Notes under the pieces: generated by a model
What the model saw: the letters and a program-made list of their open reading frames with translations, nothing else
Told to the model about the DNA's origin: nothing
Databases searched by the model: none
Source of the DNA: Candidatus Cloacimonadales bacterium
GTDB lineage: Bacteria > Cloacimonadota > Cloacimonadia > Cloacimonadales > JAFGVF01
Direction of reading: 5' to 3'
Assembly: GCA_963667035.1 (NCBI GenBank)
Contig: OY762964.1
Location: 1,120,001 to 1,184,000 of the forward strand
DNA length: 64,000 nucleotides
Shown: in pieces, positions 22,257 through 32,609 of the stretch
Position numbering within the stretch: position 1 is the stretch's first letter
Layout: each line of letters begins with the position of its first letter
Made by a program: the position numbers and the translations under genes

Positions 22257-24125
22257 ATGAAGAAAGGTTTATTATTTATTACACTTTTACTTCTTGCTCT
22301 ATCCGCTTTAGCTGTGCAAATCAATGTTGTTGCTGAAGTATTCACGGAATCTTGGTGAGGATACTGTCCAAGAGCAAGAGCAGGTCTGCTTTCGTTATAT
22401 GAAAATCAACCCAATGTCGTGCCACTTATATGGCAAGGAGACAGTTCGAATGTATCACCTAATTATTCAGGACGTAGAGGTTTAATCGGTTCGCTTTCAA
22501 GTGGTATACCACAAACAGCTTTCCAAGGTGTAGAACTTGAAGTTGGAGCCTTACCAACAGCTTATCAAAGCCAATTTTTACCAATTTACAATGATTTGAT
22601 TGATGATCCAAGTCCTGTACAATTATCCGGGGTATTTGTTCCAACAAGTACAGGATATAATCTTATTGCAGATGTTCAGCTTGAATCAAATCTTGATTAT
22701 TCAAACAACAAATTAGTATATATTATTACAAGACATCAGACAGATGAATATTTCTGTAGTGTCGTTGCATACGGTGATATGGATTTACCAATAAGTACAG
22801 CAGGACAATCAGGAAGTTATAACATGGAGCTTGCTGTAAATCAAGCTTGGGATCCTGAGACATTACAAGGTTACATCTTAGTTCAATCATTTGATACAAC
22901 TTACCCTTACATTTATCAAGCTGCTGAATGTGGCACATCACCTGTAACTACCACAAGTATGAATTTTGGAGATTCATACATCGGTGGAAATTTCGAGAAG
23001 AAGTTTAAAGTTATAAATATCTCAGATAATAATGCTAACTTTGTATTATCATTGATTGGTGACGGCTATACACTCACTGACCCTACTACTCTTAGTTTAA
23101 ATGCAGGTGAGCAGTATGAATATACTGTAACATTTACACCGACAGCAGAAATGCAATATCCTGGTGTAATAATGGTATCTTCAGATATCAGTGGTTTTGA
23201 GTATTCCGAGATAGCTCTTGATGGAACCGGTTTTGTAGATCAAGCTCCTAGTGCCGAATTAGTAACATTAACCGGAATGGCAATGCAAAATGATTTCCTT
23301 ACAGCAAGCTATACTTTCCTTGATATGGATGGTGACATGGAAGGAGATACAGAAGTCAAATGGTATAAATCTCAAGATGGAGATAATTGGGAAGAATTCA
23401 ATCATAATTCTAATGACCCAATGATAATGCAAATTGGAGCAGAGTATATTGGTTACATGATTAAGTTTACAGTATTACCGATAGACGAACACTCAATGCC
23501 CGGTACACTTGTGGAATCTAATACTTCAAGCGTAATTATTCCTTTGCAAGCTCCTTGGGGACTGGACTTTACATCTGAAAATGGAAATGATATCGTCCTT
23601 ACTTGGGAGAATCCATTAACAGACCAACGTGCCTTGTTCGGGTACAGAGTATTTAGAAATGGTGTTTCTCATGCAACCTTACCTAACAGTAATACTTTAA
23701 CTTATACAGATGTTGCTGTTGAAGACGGAACATGGGAATACTATGTAAGAGCTATTTACAATAATCCTCTTACAACATCAGAGCCGTCTAATACGATTAC
23801 TGTTGTTATTGAAGACGGTCTTGTTGGTAATAATGAGAATGTTGCAACTTTAAACAATACTCTTTCCGTTTCTCCTAATCCTTTCTCAGAATCGTCTAAT
23901 CTCTCTTTTTCACTTAAGAGTGCTGATGATGTTAGAGTGGATATTTACAATGTAAGAGGTCAGCTTGTTAACACTCTTGTTAATAGTAATCTTTCACAGG
24001 GTGAACATACTATCCAATGGAATGGTACTGATGCAAGAAACAACAAAGTCTCAAATGGTATTTATTTCTATAAAATAACTGCTTCAGATTATAATAGAAG
24101 TATGAAAACTATCTACATGAAATAG
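22257..24125 (+). CDS. Putative secreted selenoprotein: thioredoxin/Omp28-like domain with UxxC motif, Ig-like and Fn3 domains, FlgD-Ig/T9SS-type C-terminal domain (622 aa with Sec34)
   Basis: AAGGAG RBS, ATG at 22257, signal peptide MKKGLLFITLLLLALSALA, then VVAEVFTESW-TGA(22356)-GYCP, continuing in frame into ORF 22419..24125; SECIS-like hairpin downstream of the TGA. Confidence 0.85.
22356..22394 (+). promoter_or_regulatory. UGA codon plus putative bacterial SECIS element
   Basis: Stem AGAGCA (22377-82) / UGCUUU (22387-92) closes a GGUC loop that begins 24 nt after the UGA. Confidence 0.7.
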
Positions 24126-24143
24126 ATAGCAATAGATTATATG

Positions 24144-24173
24144 AAAGCCTCATCAAATAGATGAGGCTTTTTT
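24144..24173 (+). terminator. Rho-independent terminator
   Basis: AAAGCCTCATC-AAATA-GATGAGGCTTT followed by a T run, just after the stop at 24125. Confidence 0.85.
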
Positions 24174-24271
24174 AGTAGGAATAAATAAAATGCTCCTACT
24201 GATATTAGGTTGACATTTATTGAAAGAGATAACTATTATCACATAAGATGAAAACTAAATGGAGATAGATT

Positions 24272-27200
24272 ATGAAGTTATTTTGTAGGCGTTATTTACC
24301 TTTAATACTGCTGATTATGATTGTTGCCTTAATGTTCACTTTAGGAGCAAAGAAAAGTGGAGATAAAATTCCCCTTTCTGATGTGATTATATCTTCCAGT
24401 TCTGATATTGTGCCTTCTGATAGTGAGATATTCGTCTATTTAAACGATAAATATTCAAACAAAATCAATAATATAAATCCGGATAAGTACTGGTCGATAA
24501 GTCCAAAGCTTAAAGGTAGATTATATAAATCTGGAAGAAATAAGATTGTTTTCCGACCCGAGAACGGATTTAAACCGGGAGAGAACTATACATTTAAACT
24601 TCAATTGGATAAGATTCTTAACGAGAATAGAATTGATGAGTTTTTTCTTGATATTAGAATTCCACTAAATGAGATAATCAGATTCAATTATTATACATCA
24701 TTTGACGGAAATACAGGGCAAACCTTACTCAAAGGGAATATATCCGTTAACGGAAGAGTTGAGAGAGAACAGTTAAATGCCGGGGTTAGCTTAAAGAGTA
24801 AATCAGGTCTGGAATACAATATTGTCTGGAATGGCTATAGCGGTCGCTATTGGGATTTTGAGATAGGTCCTTTGGATACAAAAGATATTACTAATGAGAT
24901 GCAATTGGAGTTTGATAAAGACGCCTTATCTTTAAGAGAAAGCTCATCTCAAAGAATTGAAGTGAAAGAAGCAAAAGAGTTTAATCTTACTTCTATTTAT
25001 TGGGAGAAACTAAGACTTCAAAACCTGATGGTCCTATCTTTTGACTGTGGATTAAAGAAGTTTCAAGATTTAAACGGATTAATATCACTTGAACCTAAAT
25101 GCAACTTTACAAGTACTATAAGAGACGACAGAATTTATCTAAAAGGTGACTTTGTACCGGGTGTAACTTATACTGTAAAGCTTGCATCTTCAATTAGTAA
25201 CCACTATGATGTGAAAATGAAAGATGTCGAGAACAGAAAGACTACAGCTCCCGATTTAAATGAATTGCATGAGTTTAGTGAGCAAGGTAGTTTTCTATCG
25301 TCATTAAGCGATAATAAAGTTAGCGTAAACCTTATTAATATTGATAAATTACATCTTGAAGTTAAGAAGATTCATAAAAATAATCTCTCGTATTTCTTAG
25401 ATTACAATGAGCTCTCAACAAATGGCAATTACTATGGATATGACAATATCACGTATTATGGTGAGAGTATTATATCAAAAGATATTGATTTGGATATTCC
25501 TAGAAACAGTCTTGTTAGAGTTGACTTGGATTTATCTGACTTATCAAAAGAAAACGACGGTAGCATATTCGTTATTGAAATTAAAAATCCTAACGAATGG
25601 CAAAATAAAAGAAAGATAGTTATTAAATCAGATTTGGCAGTAACAATGTTTAAAAGCGAACTTGAAACTGTAATCTCAGTGCGTGAAATTGAGTCAGGCT
25701 TTCCGATAGCAAACGCTAAAGTAGATATTTTGTCCGAACAACATCAGCTATTAAAATCCGCTTTCACTAATGAAGATGGATTAATAACAGGTCTGGAAAT
25801 CAAAGAAGACCCAAAATATATTATTGCTCGTAATTTTGAGAAAATGGGATTGCTCCTACCATACAATATGATGTGGAATACTTCTACATTTGATGTCGGA
25901 GGAACATCCATAGCCAAAGGTTTACTTATTCACTCTTATCTTGACCGTTCTATCTACAGACCGGGAGAGACAATAACCCTTGCAGCGATAGTCAGAGATA
26001 GGAATGGAGATTACCCGGATGAGCTTCCTTTAAACATAAGCGTATATAATGCTGAGAACAAGCTAATCGGTGAAGAAGTGATTAAAGATAGCAAAAAGGG
26101 ATTCTTCTTTTACCGGTATAAAACATCCGAATCCGATTTAACTGGTAGTTGGAGATTTAAAATAGTTGCTGGAGCTACAGAAGAGAATATCTACTTCGAT
26201 TTACAAACAGTGATTGCCAATAGAATAACTGTTAATGTTAATACTGATAAAGACATTTATTCAAATGATGATGATAAGATTGATATCAATGTTAAATCGG
26301 ATTATTTATTCGGGAAACCTGCTTCAGATTTGGAAGGAATGATTAAGCTAAAGATAAGCTCTTATATAAAGTCGTTTAAGACTTGGAGCGATTATACTTT
26401 TTACGATAAAGAGAGGAAGTTTACTAAGTCTGAACAAACACTTAAGATTGAAAAGACTGATGCAGAAGGATATCTTAAAGTTAACTGGAATATCCCAGAT
26501 TATCCGGCTCTGCCATCTGCTTTGAACTTAATAATAACAGGTGAAGTAACTGAAAGTAATCGTCCTGTATCTACAAACAAAATAGTTAGTTATGAAAAAT
26601 ATAATCATTATGTAGGTATTAAGAGTGATAACTATTATCTACAACAAGGTAAGAAGCAGAAATATGATATTATCTATGTTGATAGAGAAGGTAATCCTGT
26701 AAGCAAGGAAAAGCTTACGGTTAAGGTTTATTATCAGGAGTACAATTGGTGGTATAATTACAATGATTCCAATATATCTTTTAAAGAAGATTACAATACC
26801 AGTTTAGTTACCGAAAAGACCATTACTTCAAAGAGTAAGCCGGTTACTTTTAGTTTTACTCCTGAACAAAAGGGTAAGTATCTTATTGAAGTTACTTCAG
26901 CCAATGGTCACTCTGCATCATTAGAAAGACAAACCAGTTGGTGGCAGAATGAATCAGGTAGTATGAGAAGTGAAGGGCTTATTACACTAAAATCTGATAA
27001 GTCAGTCTATAAAGTTGGAGATAAAGCAAAGATAACATTCCCTGCACCGGAAAATGGACAACTATTCTATACTCTATCCAAAGACGGTAAAGTGTTAATT
27101 ACTAAATCGGAAGAATTGAAGTCTAAAGACAATGAGGGTGAGATTATTTTAGACATCTCTAGTGAACTCATGCCAAATGCCTATCTTTCAGTTTCTATAA

Positions 27201-29665
27201 TACAACCGATAACAGTAAGTAAAAATGACAGACCGATAAGAATGTTCGGTGTAATTCCAATAAAGGTTGAAGAAGAGAGTACTCGCTTAAGTTTTGATTT
27301 GAAGACACCCGAGAAAGTCAAACCGGGAAGTAAGCTTACATGTGAGATTCAAGCAGATACAAATACTAAGATACCATTTACTCTCTATGTGATAGATGAG
27401 GGTTTAGTAACACTTACTGAATATAGAATACCTAATCCTTGGAACACATTCTATGCTAAACGTAGATTACAGACAATCCCTTATGATAACTATCCTTGGT
27501 TTATTGGATTACCGCAAGGAGATGCTTTCAAGACTTTCTCTGTTGGTGGAAGTGCTATGTTTGCAATGGAAGAAGCAGGAGCCGGAAGATTAATGAAAGA
27601 TGAGGTTGGTAATGATGAACTTTTGCAAAGATTCGTTCCTCTTTCTATTTGTAAAGGTGTGCTTGAGACGGATGCAAAGGGATATGCTAAGGTTGACTTC
27701 GATATCCCAAACTATCAAGGAGCGGTAAGGGTTATAGCTGTTGCTGCTAACGGTCATAGCTATGGAATGGAATCCGGTATTGTGAAAGTACTTGATGATT
27801 TGATTGTTATGCCGACTTTACCACGAGTAATGCATCCCGGTGATATTGCCGAGATACCTGTTTCCGTGTTTGCTGTGAATAAATCTATTAAAGAAGTAGA
27901 ACTTAAACTAGATGTTGAAGATGGATATGAAGTGATTGGTGATAATAGTTTATCACTTCCTCTTGTGAACAATCAGGCTAATGTGACTTTTAAGATTAAA
28001 GCACAAAGGACAGGAAACTATAACTTAAACTTCTCTGCTACAAAAGGGAATACTTCTGTTAACGTCTCAAAAGTTCTTCCGATTATAAGCGGCTCATCTC
28101 TGCAACTTGTGGAGAAGCAATATAAGTTTAATGAAAATACTTTAGTCTCTATACCTCTCCTCAGAAAAGACACTCTTTCTTATCACAGAGTTGAATTACA
28201 ATTTAATGATATATCAACACCTAATTTTCTTACGTATGTCGATCAGTTAACTAGATTTCCATACGGTTGTACTGAGCAGATTATTTCGAAGAGCTTCCCA
28301 TTAATATATATTAGAGATATTTTCCCTGAGAACAGAAGAGATTTCTATAATGTCGAACAGCAGATAGATAATACAATCAAAGAGTTGTCTAGACGTCTTA
28401 TGTATGACGGTAGTTTATCGATTTGGTACAACGGAAGCAGTAATCTATTCTTAAGTAATTATGCTCTGCATTTTCTTTTAGAAGCTGAGAATGCCGGATA
28501 CTATGTTCCAAATACTTTGAAAAGCAATTTGATTAAGTATATTCAAAGTTCTGTTAGCTCAATAGATTTAAACAATTATCCTCATTATTCATGCTATGGA
28601 TATTATGTTTTAGCAAAAGCCGGAGAAGCTAATTTAGGCTCAATGAACTATGTTAAAGAAGAGATGATAGATAGACTTGCAACAATAGATAAATGGTTCC
28701 TGGCAGCAGCTTATAAGTTAGCAGGCATTGATAAAACAGCAAAATCAATTAGCAAGAATTTGGATTATGAATTCTTTGATGCTTCAACTGAAGAGTACTT
28801 TTCAACTACAATTAGGGACAAAGCCATTGCCTTAAATTGTCTTCATGAACTGCAAGATAATAGAGAAGATGATCTATACTCAAACCTAATTATTCATCTT
28901 GAACATAAAGAGTATCTTTCAACTAATGAATTGAGTTATTCTCTCATGAGCATAGGTCAAGTATTGAAAGACAAGCATATGAATGAAAAGAGAGAAGGTG
29001 AAATCACTATTACGGATATGACAAGTAATGAGACTTTTAACTTTAAATTCACAGATAGAATGAAGGTTATAGATATTCCTCAGTCTTGGTCATCTAAGCT
29101 CCAAGTTGAAGTTGAAGAATCACTTTCAGATAAAATTGTTATGACTGTAGTTGAGAACTATAAGAGCATACAAATTAAACAGACTAATAGTGAAAACGGT
29201 CTGGCATTACAATACAATTTCTTTATGGAAGGAGTACGAATAGACCCTGAAACAATCAAAGCAGGAGACAGATTTGATGTAGTTGTAGGAATTGAAGCCA
29301 AGCAGACAGTTGCTAATAAGAATTATGTTATTTCAATACCATTACCTGCATGTTGGGAACCGGATCAAGTCGGCTTGATTAATGGGAACTCATTTGACTA
29401 TGGTAGAGATATTACTCTTGCAGAAGATATTAATGGTAATGAAACCAATTCAAAGAAATATATCCTAACTGAACCTACCCATAAAGAGATAAGAGATGAT
29501 AGAGTGTTATTCTTCTTTGATTTGTACGGAAGTAATCCGGCATTTAAGGTTTCATTAACAGCCGTAACCAAAGGTGAGTTCGAAATGGCTTCCGTAAAGG
29601 CATTAAACATGTATTATGGTAACTACAATGCTTCAAAAGCGGGAATGAAAATAATCTGTAAATAG
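24272..29665 (+). CDS. Bacterial alpha-2-macroglobulin
   Basis: 1797 aa; DRSIYRPGE MG2 motif, VIDEG, and thioester motif PYGCTEQ; directly upstream of pbpC. Confidence 0.93.
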   Translation: MKLFCRRYLPLILLIMIVALMFTLGAKKSGDKIPLSDVIISSSSDIVPSDSEIFVYLNDKYSNKINNINPDKYWSISPKLKGRLYKSGRNKIVFRPENGFKPGENYTFKLQLDKILNENRIDEFFLDIRIPLNEIIRFNYYTSFDGNTGQTLLKGNISVNGRVEREQLNAGVSLKSKSGLEYNIVWNGYSGRYWDFEIGPLDTKDITNEMQLEFDKDALSLRESSSQRIEVKEAKEFNLTSIYWEKLRLQNLMVLSFDCGLKKFQDLNGLISLEPKCNFTSTIRDDRIYLKGDFVPGVTYTVKLASSISNHYDVKMKDVENRKTTAPDLNELHEFSEQGSFLSSLSDNKVSVNLINIDKLHLEVKKIHKNNLSYFLDYNELSTNGNYYGYDNITYYGESIISKDIDLDIPRNSLVRVDLDLSDLSKENDGSIFVIEIKNPNEWQNKRKIVIKSDLAVTMFKSELETVISVREIESGFPIANAKVDILSEQHQLLKSAFTNEDGLITGLEIKEDPKYIIARNFEKMGLLLPYNMMWNTSTFDVGGTSIAKGLLIHSYLDRSIYRPGETITLAAIVRDRNGDYPDELPLNISVYNAENKLIGEEVIKDSKKGFFFYRYKTSESDLTGSWRFKIVAGATEENIYFDLQTVIANRITVNVNTDKDIYSNDDDKIDINVKSDYLFGKPASDLEGMIKLKISSYIKSFKTWSDYTFYDKERKFTKSEQTLKIEKTDAEGYLKVNWNIPDYPALPSALNLIITGEVTESNRPVSTNKIVSYEKYNHYVGIKSDNYYLQQGKKQKYDIIYVDREGNPVSKEKLTVKVYYQEYNWWYNYNDSNISFKEDYNTSLVTEKTITSKSKPVTFSFTPEQKGKYLIEVTSANGHSASLERQTSWWQNESGSMRSEGLITLKSDKSVYKVGDKAKITFPAPENGQLFYTLSKDGKVLITKSEELKSKDNEGEIILDISSELMPNAYLSVSIIQPITVSKNDRPIRMFGVIPIKVEEESTRLSFDLKTPEKVKPGSKLTCEIQADTNTKIPFTLYVIDEGLVTLTEYRIPNPWNTFYAKRRLQTIPYDNYPWFIGLPQGDAFKTFSVGGSAMFAMEEAGAGRLMKDEVGNDELLQRFVPLSICKGVLETDAKGYAKVDFDIPNYQGAVRVIAVAANGHSYGMESGIVKVLDDLIVMPTLPRVMHPGDIAEIPVSVFAVNKSIKEVELKLDVEDGYEVIGDNSLSLPLVNNQANVTFKIKAQRTGNYNLNFSATKGNTSVNVSKVLPIISGSSLQLVEKQYKFNENTLVSIPLLRKDTLSYHRVELQFNDISTPNFLTYVDQLTRFPYGCTEQIISKSFPLIYIRDIFPENRRDFYNVEQQIDNTIKELSRRLMYDGSLSIWYNGSSNLFLSNYALHFLLEAENAGYYVPNTLKSNLIKYIQSSVSSIDLNNYPHYSCYGYYVLAKAGEANLGSMNYVKEEMIDRLATIDKWFLAAAYKLAGIDKTAKSISKNLDYEFFDASTEEYFSTTIRDKAIALNCLHELQDNREDDLYSNLIIHLEHKEYLSTNELSYSLMSIGQVLKDKHMNEKREGEITITDMTSNETFNFKFTDRMKVIDIPQSWSSKLQVEVEESLSDKIVMTVVENYKSIQIKQTNSENGLALQYNFFMEGVRIDPETIKAGDRFDVVVGIEAKQTVANKNYVISIPLPACWEPDQVGLINGNSFDYGRDITLAEDINGNETNSKKYILTEPTHKEIRDDRVLFFFDLYGSNPAFKVSLTAVTKGEFEMASVKALNMYYGNYNASKAGMKIICK

Positions 29666-31969
29666 ATGAAAATAATAGTTAAAAGATTACCACTTCTCGT
29701 TAGATTACTTCTAATATCAGGAGTGGTAATCATTTTTATGTTTCTGATAATACCGGTTCCTAAACCGGATAATATTCCTTCGAGTACTGTAGTACTAGAT
29801 AGAAATGGTAATATCCTCAGAGTCTTTCTAAATGAGGATGAACAATTTCTTTATCCAATGGATGTTGTGCAGGAAGTACCTATAAAGATTGTAGCTGCTA
29901 TTACTATGTTTGAAGATAAGCATTTCTTTGATCATCCAGGAGTGAATCCCATTGCATTGTTAAGAGCTATGAAACTTAACATAAAATACGGGAGTATAAT
30001 AAGTGGCGGTTCTACAATAACCATGCAAGCAGTTGGTTTGCATAGAAGAAGAAGTAGAACATATTTTAACAAGATTCTTGAAATACTTGAGGCTGTTAAA
30101 TGGGAAATCTTATATAGTAAAGATACAATTCTGAAATCATATTGTAACAATGCTCCTTATGGTAGTAATATTGTCGGAATCAGAACAGCCTCATATAAAT
30201 ATTATGGAAGGGATTTGCAGCAGTTGACTTGGGCTGAATCAGCTCTACTGGCAATCCTACCGAATAACCCCGGTGCACTTTATCCCGGATGTAATCCCGA
30301 GCCTTTAATGGAGAAACGTAATAATTTGCTAAGAAGACTTTGGGAAACGGGGCGGATGAATGAAGAAACATATAAAAACGCATTAAGAGAACCAATACCC
30401 AATGAAATAAAATCTTTCCCGTTTCATGCTCCTCATTTATCCGATGAGATAAATCTTAAATCGAAAGGTGAGACATGTCATACTACAATTGATTACAGTC
30501 TTCAAAATCAAGTTGAATTAATTGCTCATAGGATGAAGAATCGCTATAACAATCTTGGAATAAAGAACTTCAGTATTCTTGTTACGGAAAGAAAAAGCGG
30601 TAAGATTAGAGCTTATCTCGGATCACAAGATTTCAGGGATAGCAAGACAAACGGACAAGTGAATGGTGTTACAGCTAATCGTTCAACAGGCTCAATTCTG
30701 AAACCGTTTCTTTATGCAGCATCAATTGACGAGGGATTGATATTACCCCAAACTCTGCTAACCGACACAAAATTACATTACATGCTTTTTGCTCCCGAGA
30801 ATTATGATACCCAATATCGAGGTATTGTTACTGCAAAGAATGCTTTAAGGAAATCATTGAACATACCGGCAGTTCGTTTACTGGAACAATATGGCGTGTT
30901 CCAATTTTACAATCTTTTAAAAGATGCAGGATTACCAACTCTTTTCAGGAGCTATGACGAGTATGGATTAAGTTTAATCATAGGTGGGGCAGAGGCATCA
31001 TTAATTGATGTTACCAATCTTTATCTACAATTAGCTAACACTGAAAGTATTCCTAAAGCTCATTATGTTATTGGTAAAGATCGTGAGTTTGCTAGAGATA
31101 TATCAATATCTAAGGGAGCTAAATGGCTTACTCTGGAAATGCTCAAAAACAATAACTTTACACCACTTGAAGTGTCCGGTAAGAAACCGATTGCTGTAAA
31201 AACAGGTACTTCATTCGGAAACAGAGATGCTTGGGCTACAGGCGTGACAACAGATTGGGTAATTTCGGTTTGGGCAGGAAACTTTACCGGTGAGTCTAAT
31301 CCCGAGATTCTAAGTTTTACTGCAGCTGTTCCACTATTAAAATCTGTTTATAGAATCCTCCCTGATATTGATAATGTTAATTGGTTCTATATGCCGGAAG
31401 CTTCCATGAGAAAACAAGAGATTTGTGAAGAAACAGGTTACTATCCTGGTCCTAATTGTGAGCATACAATTGAAATTTTAATCCCTGATGAAGCAAAGCC
31501 AATGCAGTCGTGTCCATATCACAAGAAGTTAAGCGTTGATATTGAGTCTGGTTACTCAGTATGCTCTCATTGTTGGAATGGTAAGAATGTTAAGCAAGAT
31601 TATTATCTTGAGTTTCCTCCCTCTGTCACAGCTATTTTGAAAACGCGAAACTCTGGACTTAAGCTTGCTCCTTCTCATAATCCTGATTGTCCTGTTTCAA
31701 TCGGTTATACTAAACCCGAGATACTCTATCCTGTAAACAATTCAAAAGTCTTGCTTCCTAGCGATTTTGGTGATAAGAAACAGAAAGTTGTTTTAAAGGC
31801 AAGTCATTCCAATCTTGATATAAAACTATTCTGGTATTTGGATAATGAACCTATAGGAGAGACTGTATCTAAACACACACTCTCAATTACTCCAGAGCAA
31901 GGGAAGCATACCTTAAAAGTAGTTGATAACAATGGTAGCAGTAGTTCGGTTAGTTTCTCTATTCAATAA
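29666..31969 (+). CDS. pbpC: Penicillin-binding protein 1C
   Basis: EDKHF, GGSTITMQ, RSTGSILKPF, SLN, KTGTS and the PBP1C C-terminal domain; adjacent to A2M. Confidence 0.95.
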   Translation: MKIIVKRLPLLVRLLLISGVVIIFMFLIIPVPKPDNIPSSTVVLDRNGNILRVFLNEDEQFLYPMDVVQEVPIKIVAAITMFEDKHFFDHPGVNPIALLRAMKLNIKYGSIISGGSTITMQAVGLHRRRSRTYFNKILEILEAVKWEILYSKDTILKSYCNNAPYGSNIVGIRTASYKYYGRDLQQLTWAESALLAILPNNPGALYPGCNPEPLMEKRNNLLRRLWETGRMNEETYKNALREPIPNEIKSFPFHAPHLSDEINLKSKGETCHTTIDYSLQNQVELIAHRMKNRYNNLGIKNFSILVTERKSGKIRAYLGSQDFRDSKTNGQVNGVTANRSTGSILKPFLYAASIDEGLILPQTLLTDTKLHYMLFAPENYDTQYRGIVTAKNALRKSLNIPAVRLLEQYGVFQFYNLLKDAGLPTLFRSYDEYGLSLIIGGAEASLIDVTNLYLQLANTESIPKAHYVIGKDREFARDISISKGAKWLTLEMLKNNNFTPLEVSGKKPIAVKTGTSFGNRDAWATGVTTDWVISVWAGNFTGESNPEILSFTAAVPLLKSVYRILPDIDNVNWFYMPEASMRKQEICEETGYYPGPNCEHTIEILIPDEAKPMQSCPYHKKLSVDIESGYSVCSHCWNGKNVKQDYYLEFPPSVTAILKTRNSGLKLAPSHNPDCPVSIGYTKPEILYPVNNSKVLLPSDFGDKKQKVVLKASHSNLDIKLFWYLDNEPIGETVSKHTLSITPEQGKHTLKVVDNNGSSSSVSFSIQ

Positions 31970-32570
31970 TACAGAGAAGCAACCCTTTTCTTACTTCTAC
32001 CGTTCTTGTTTCTTCCTGAAACTCATTACTTAATCCAAGACAAGAAAAGGCAGGTAAAATAGCATCATTCAATGGATACTTAAAGCCTTTGAGGTAAACT
32101 CCTTCAGCATCATTATCCAGAGCGTAGAGGGACATATATGTTCCGGGGTAACCTGTTAGGTCTTTAAATGAATCGATTAAGAAGGCTGTAACTCTCTCAC
32201 TTATTACAGTTATATCCAGTCCTTTCTTATAAGCATACACCAGATTGTTTATGACACCGACAATATGTCCGAATCTGCCTTCTAAGGAGTTAAGCAAGAC
32301 AATCTCGTTCATCTTGTTGGCAATACAAAACTCAATAGCCAGTTCCGTATCACTTTTAGCTTTAATAGGATTATATCTCATAATCTGTGTTGTATCGGGT
32401 AACTGACAGATCAGTTCTTTAGGCATTGAATCAAAATCACCTAAAGCAACATTAGGAGAAATTCCTGCTTCCATTAAGTATTTACAACCGATATCGACCC
32501 CGATAACAAAATCGTTGTCAGTAATATCCACAGGTTTAAAGTAGTCAGTGACTATATAGGTTTTCGACAT
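31959..32570 (-). CDS. thiN: Thiamine diphosphokinase
   Basis: GVDIG, GDFDS, K.KSDTELA, GRFGH, GFKYPL and GLSNE. Confidence 0.9.
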   Translation of the reverse strand: MSKTYIVTDYFKPVDITDNDFVIGVDIGCKYLMEAGISPNVALGDFDSMPKELICQLPDTTQIMRYNPIKAKSDTELAIEFCIANKMNEIVLLNSLEGRFGHIVGVINNLVYAYKKGLDITVISERVTAFLIDSFKDLTGYPGTYMSLYALDNDAEGVYLKGFKYPLNDAILPAFSCLGLSNEFQEETRTVEVRKGLLLCIIE

Positions 32571-32609
32571 ATATTTTCCTCTCTATATCAAACAACAGGA
32601 AATGAGTTT

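Noticed and set aside
22356..22358. TGA explained by genome-wide reassignment (genetic code 4 or 25)
   Set aside because: TGA terminates ordinary genes here (ppx, the 36458 ORF, ftsY), and no other conserved gene in the window needs TGA read-through.
24272..31969. Alpha-2-macroglobulin plus PBP1C as a novel system
   Set aside because: This is a well-known conserved gene pair with an intact CxEQ thioester motif.
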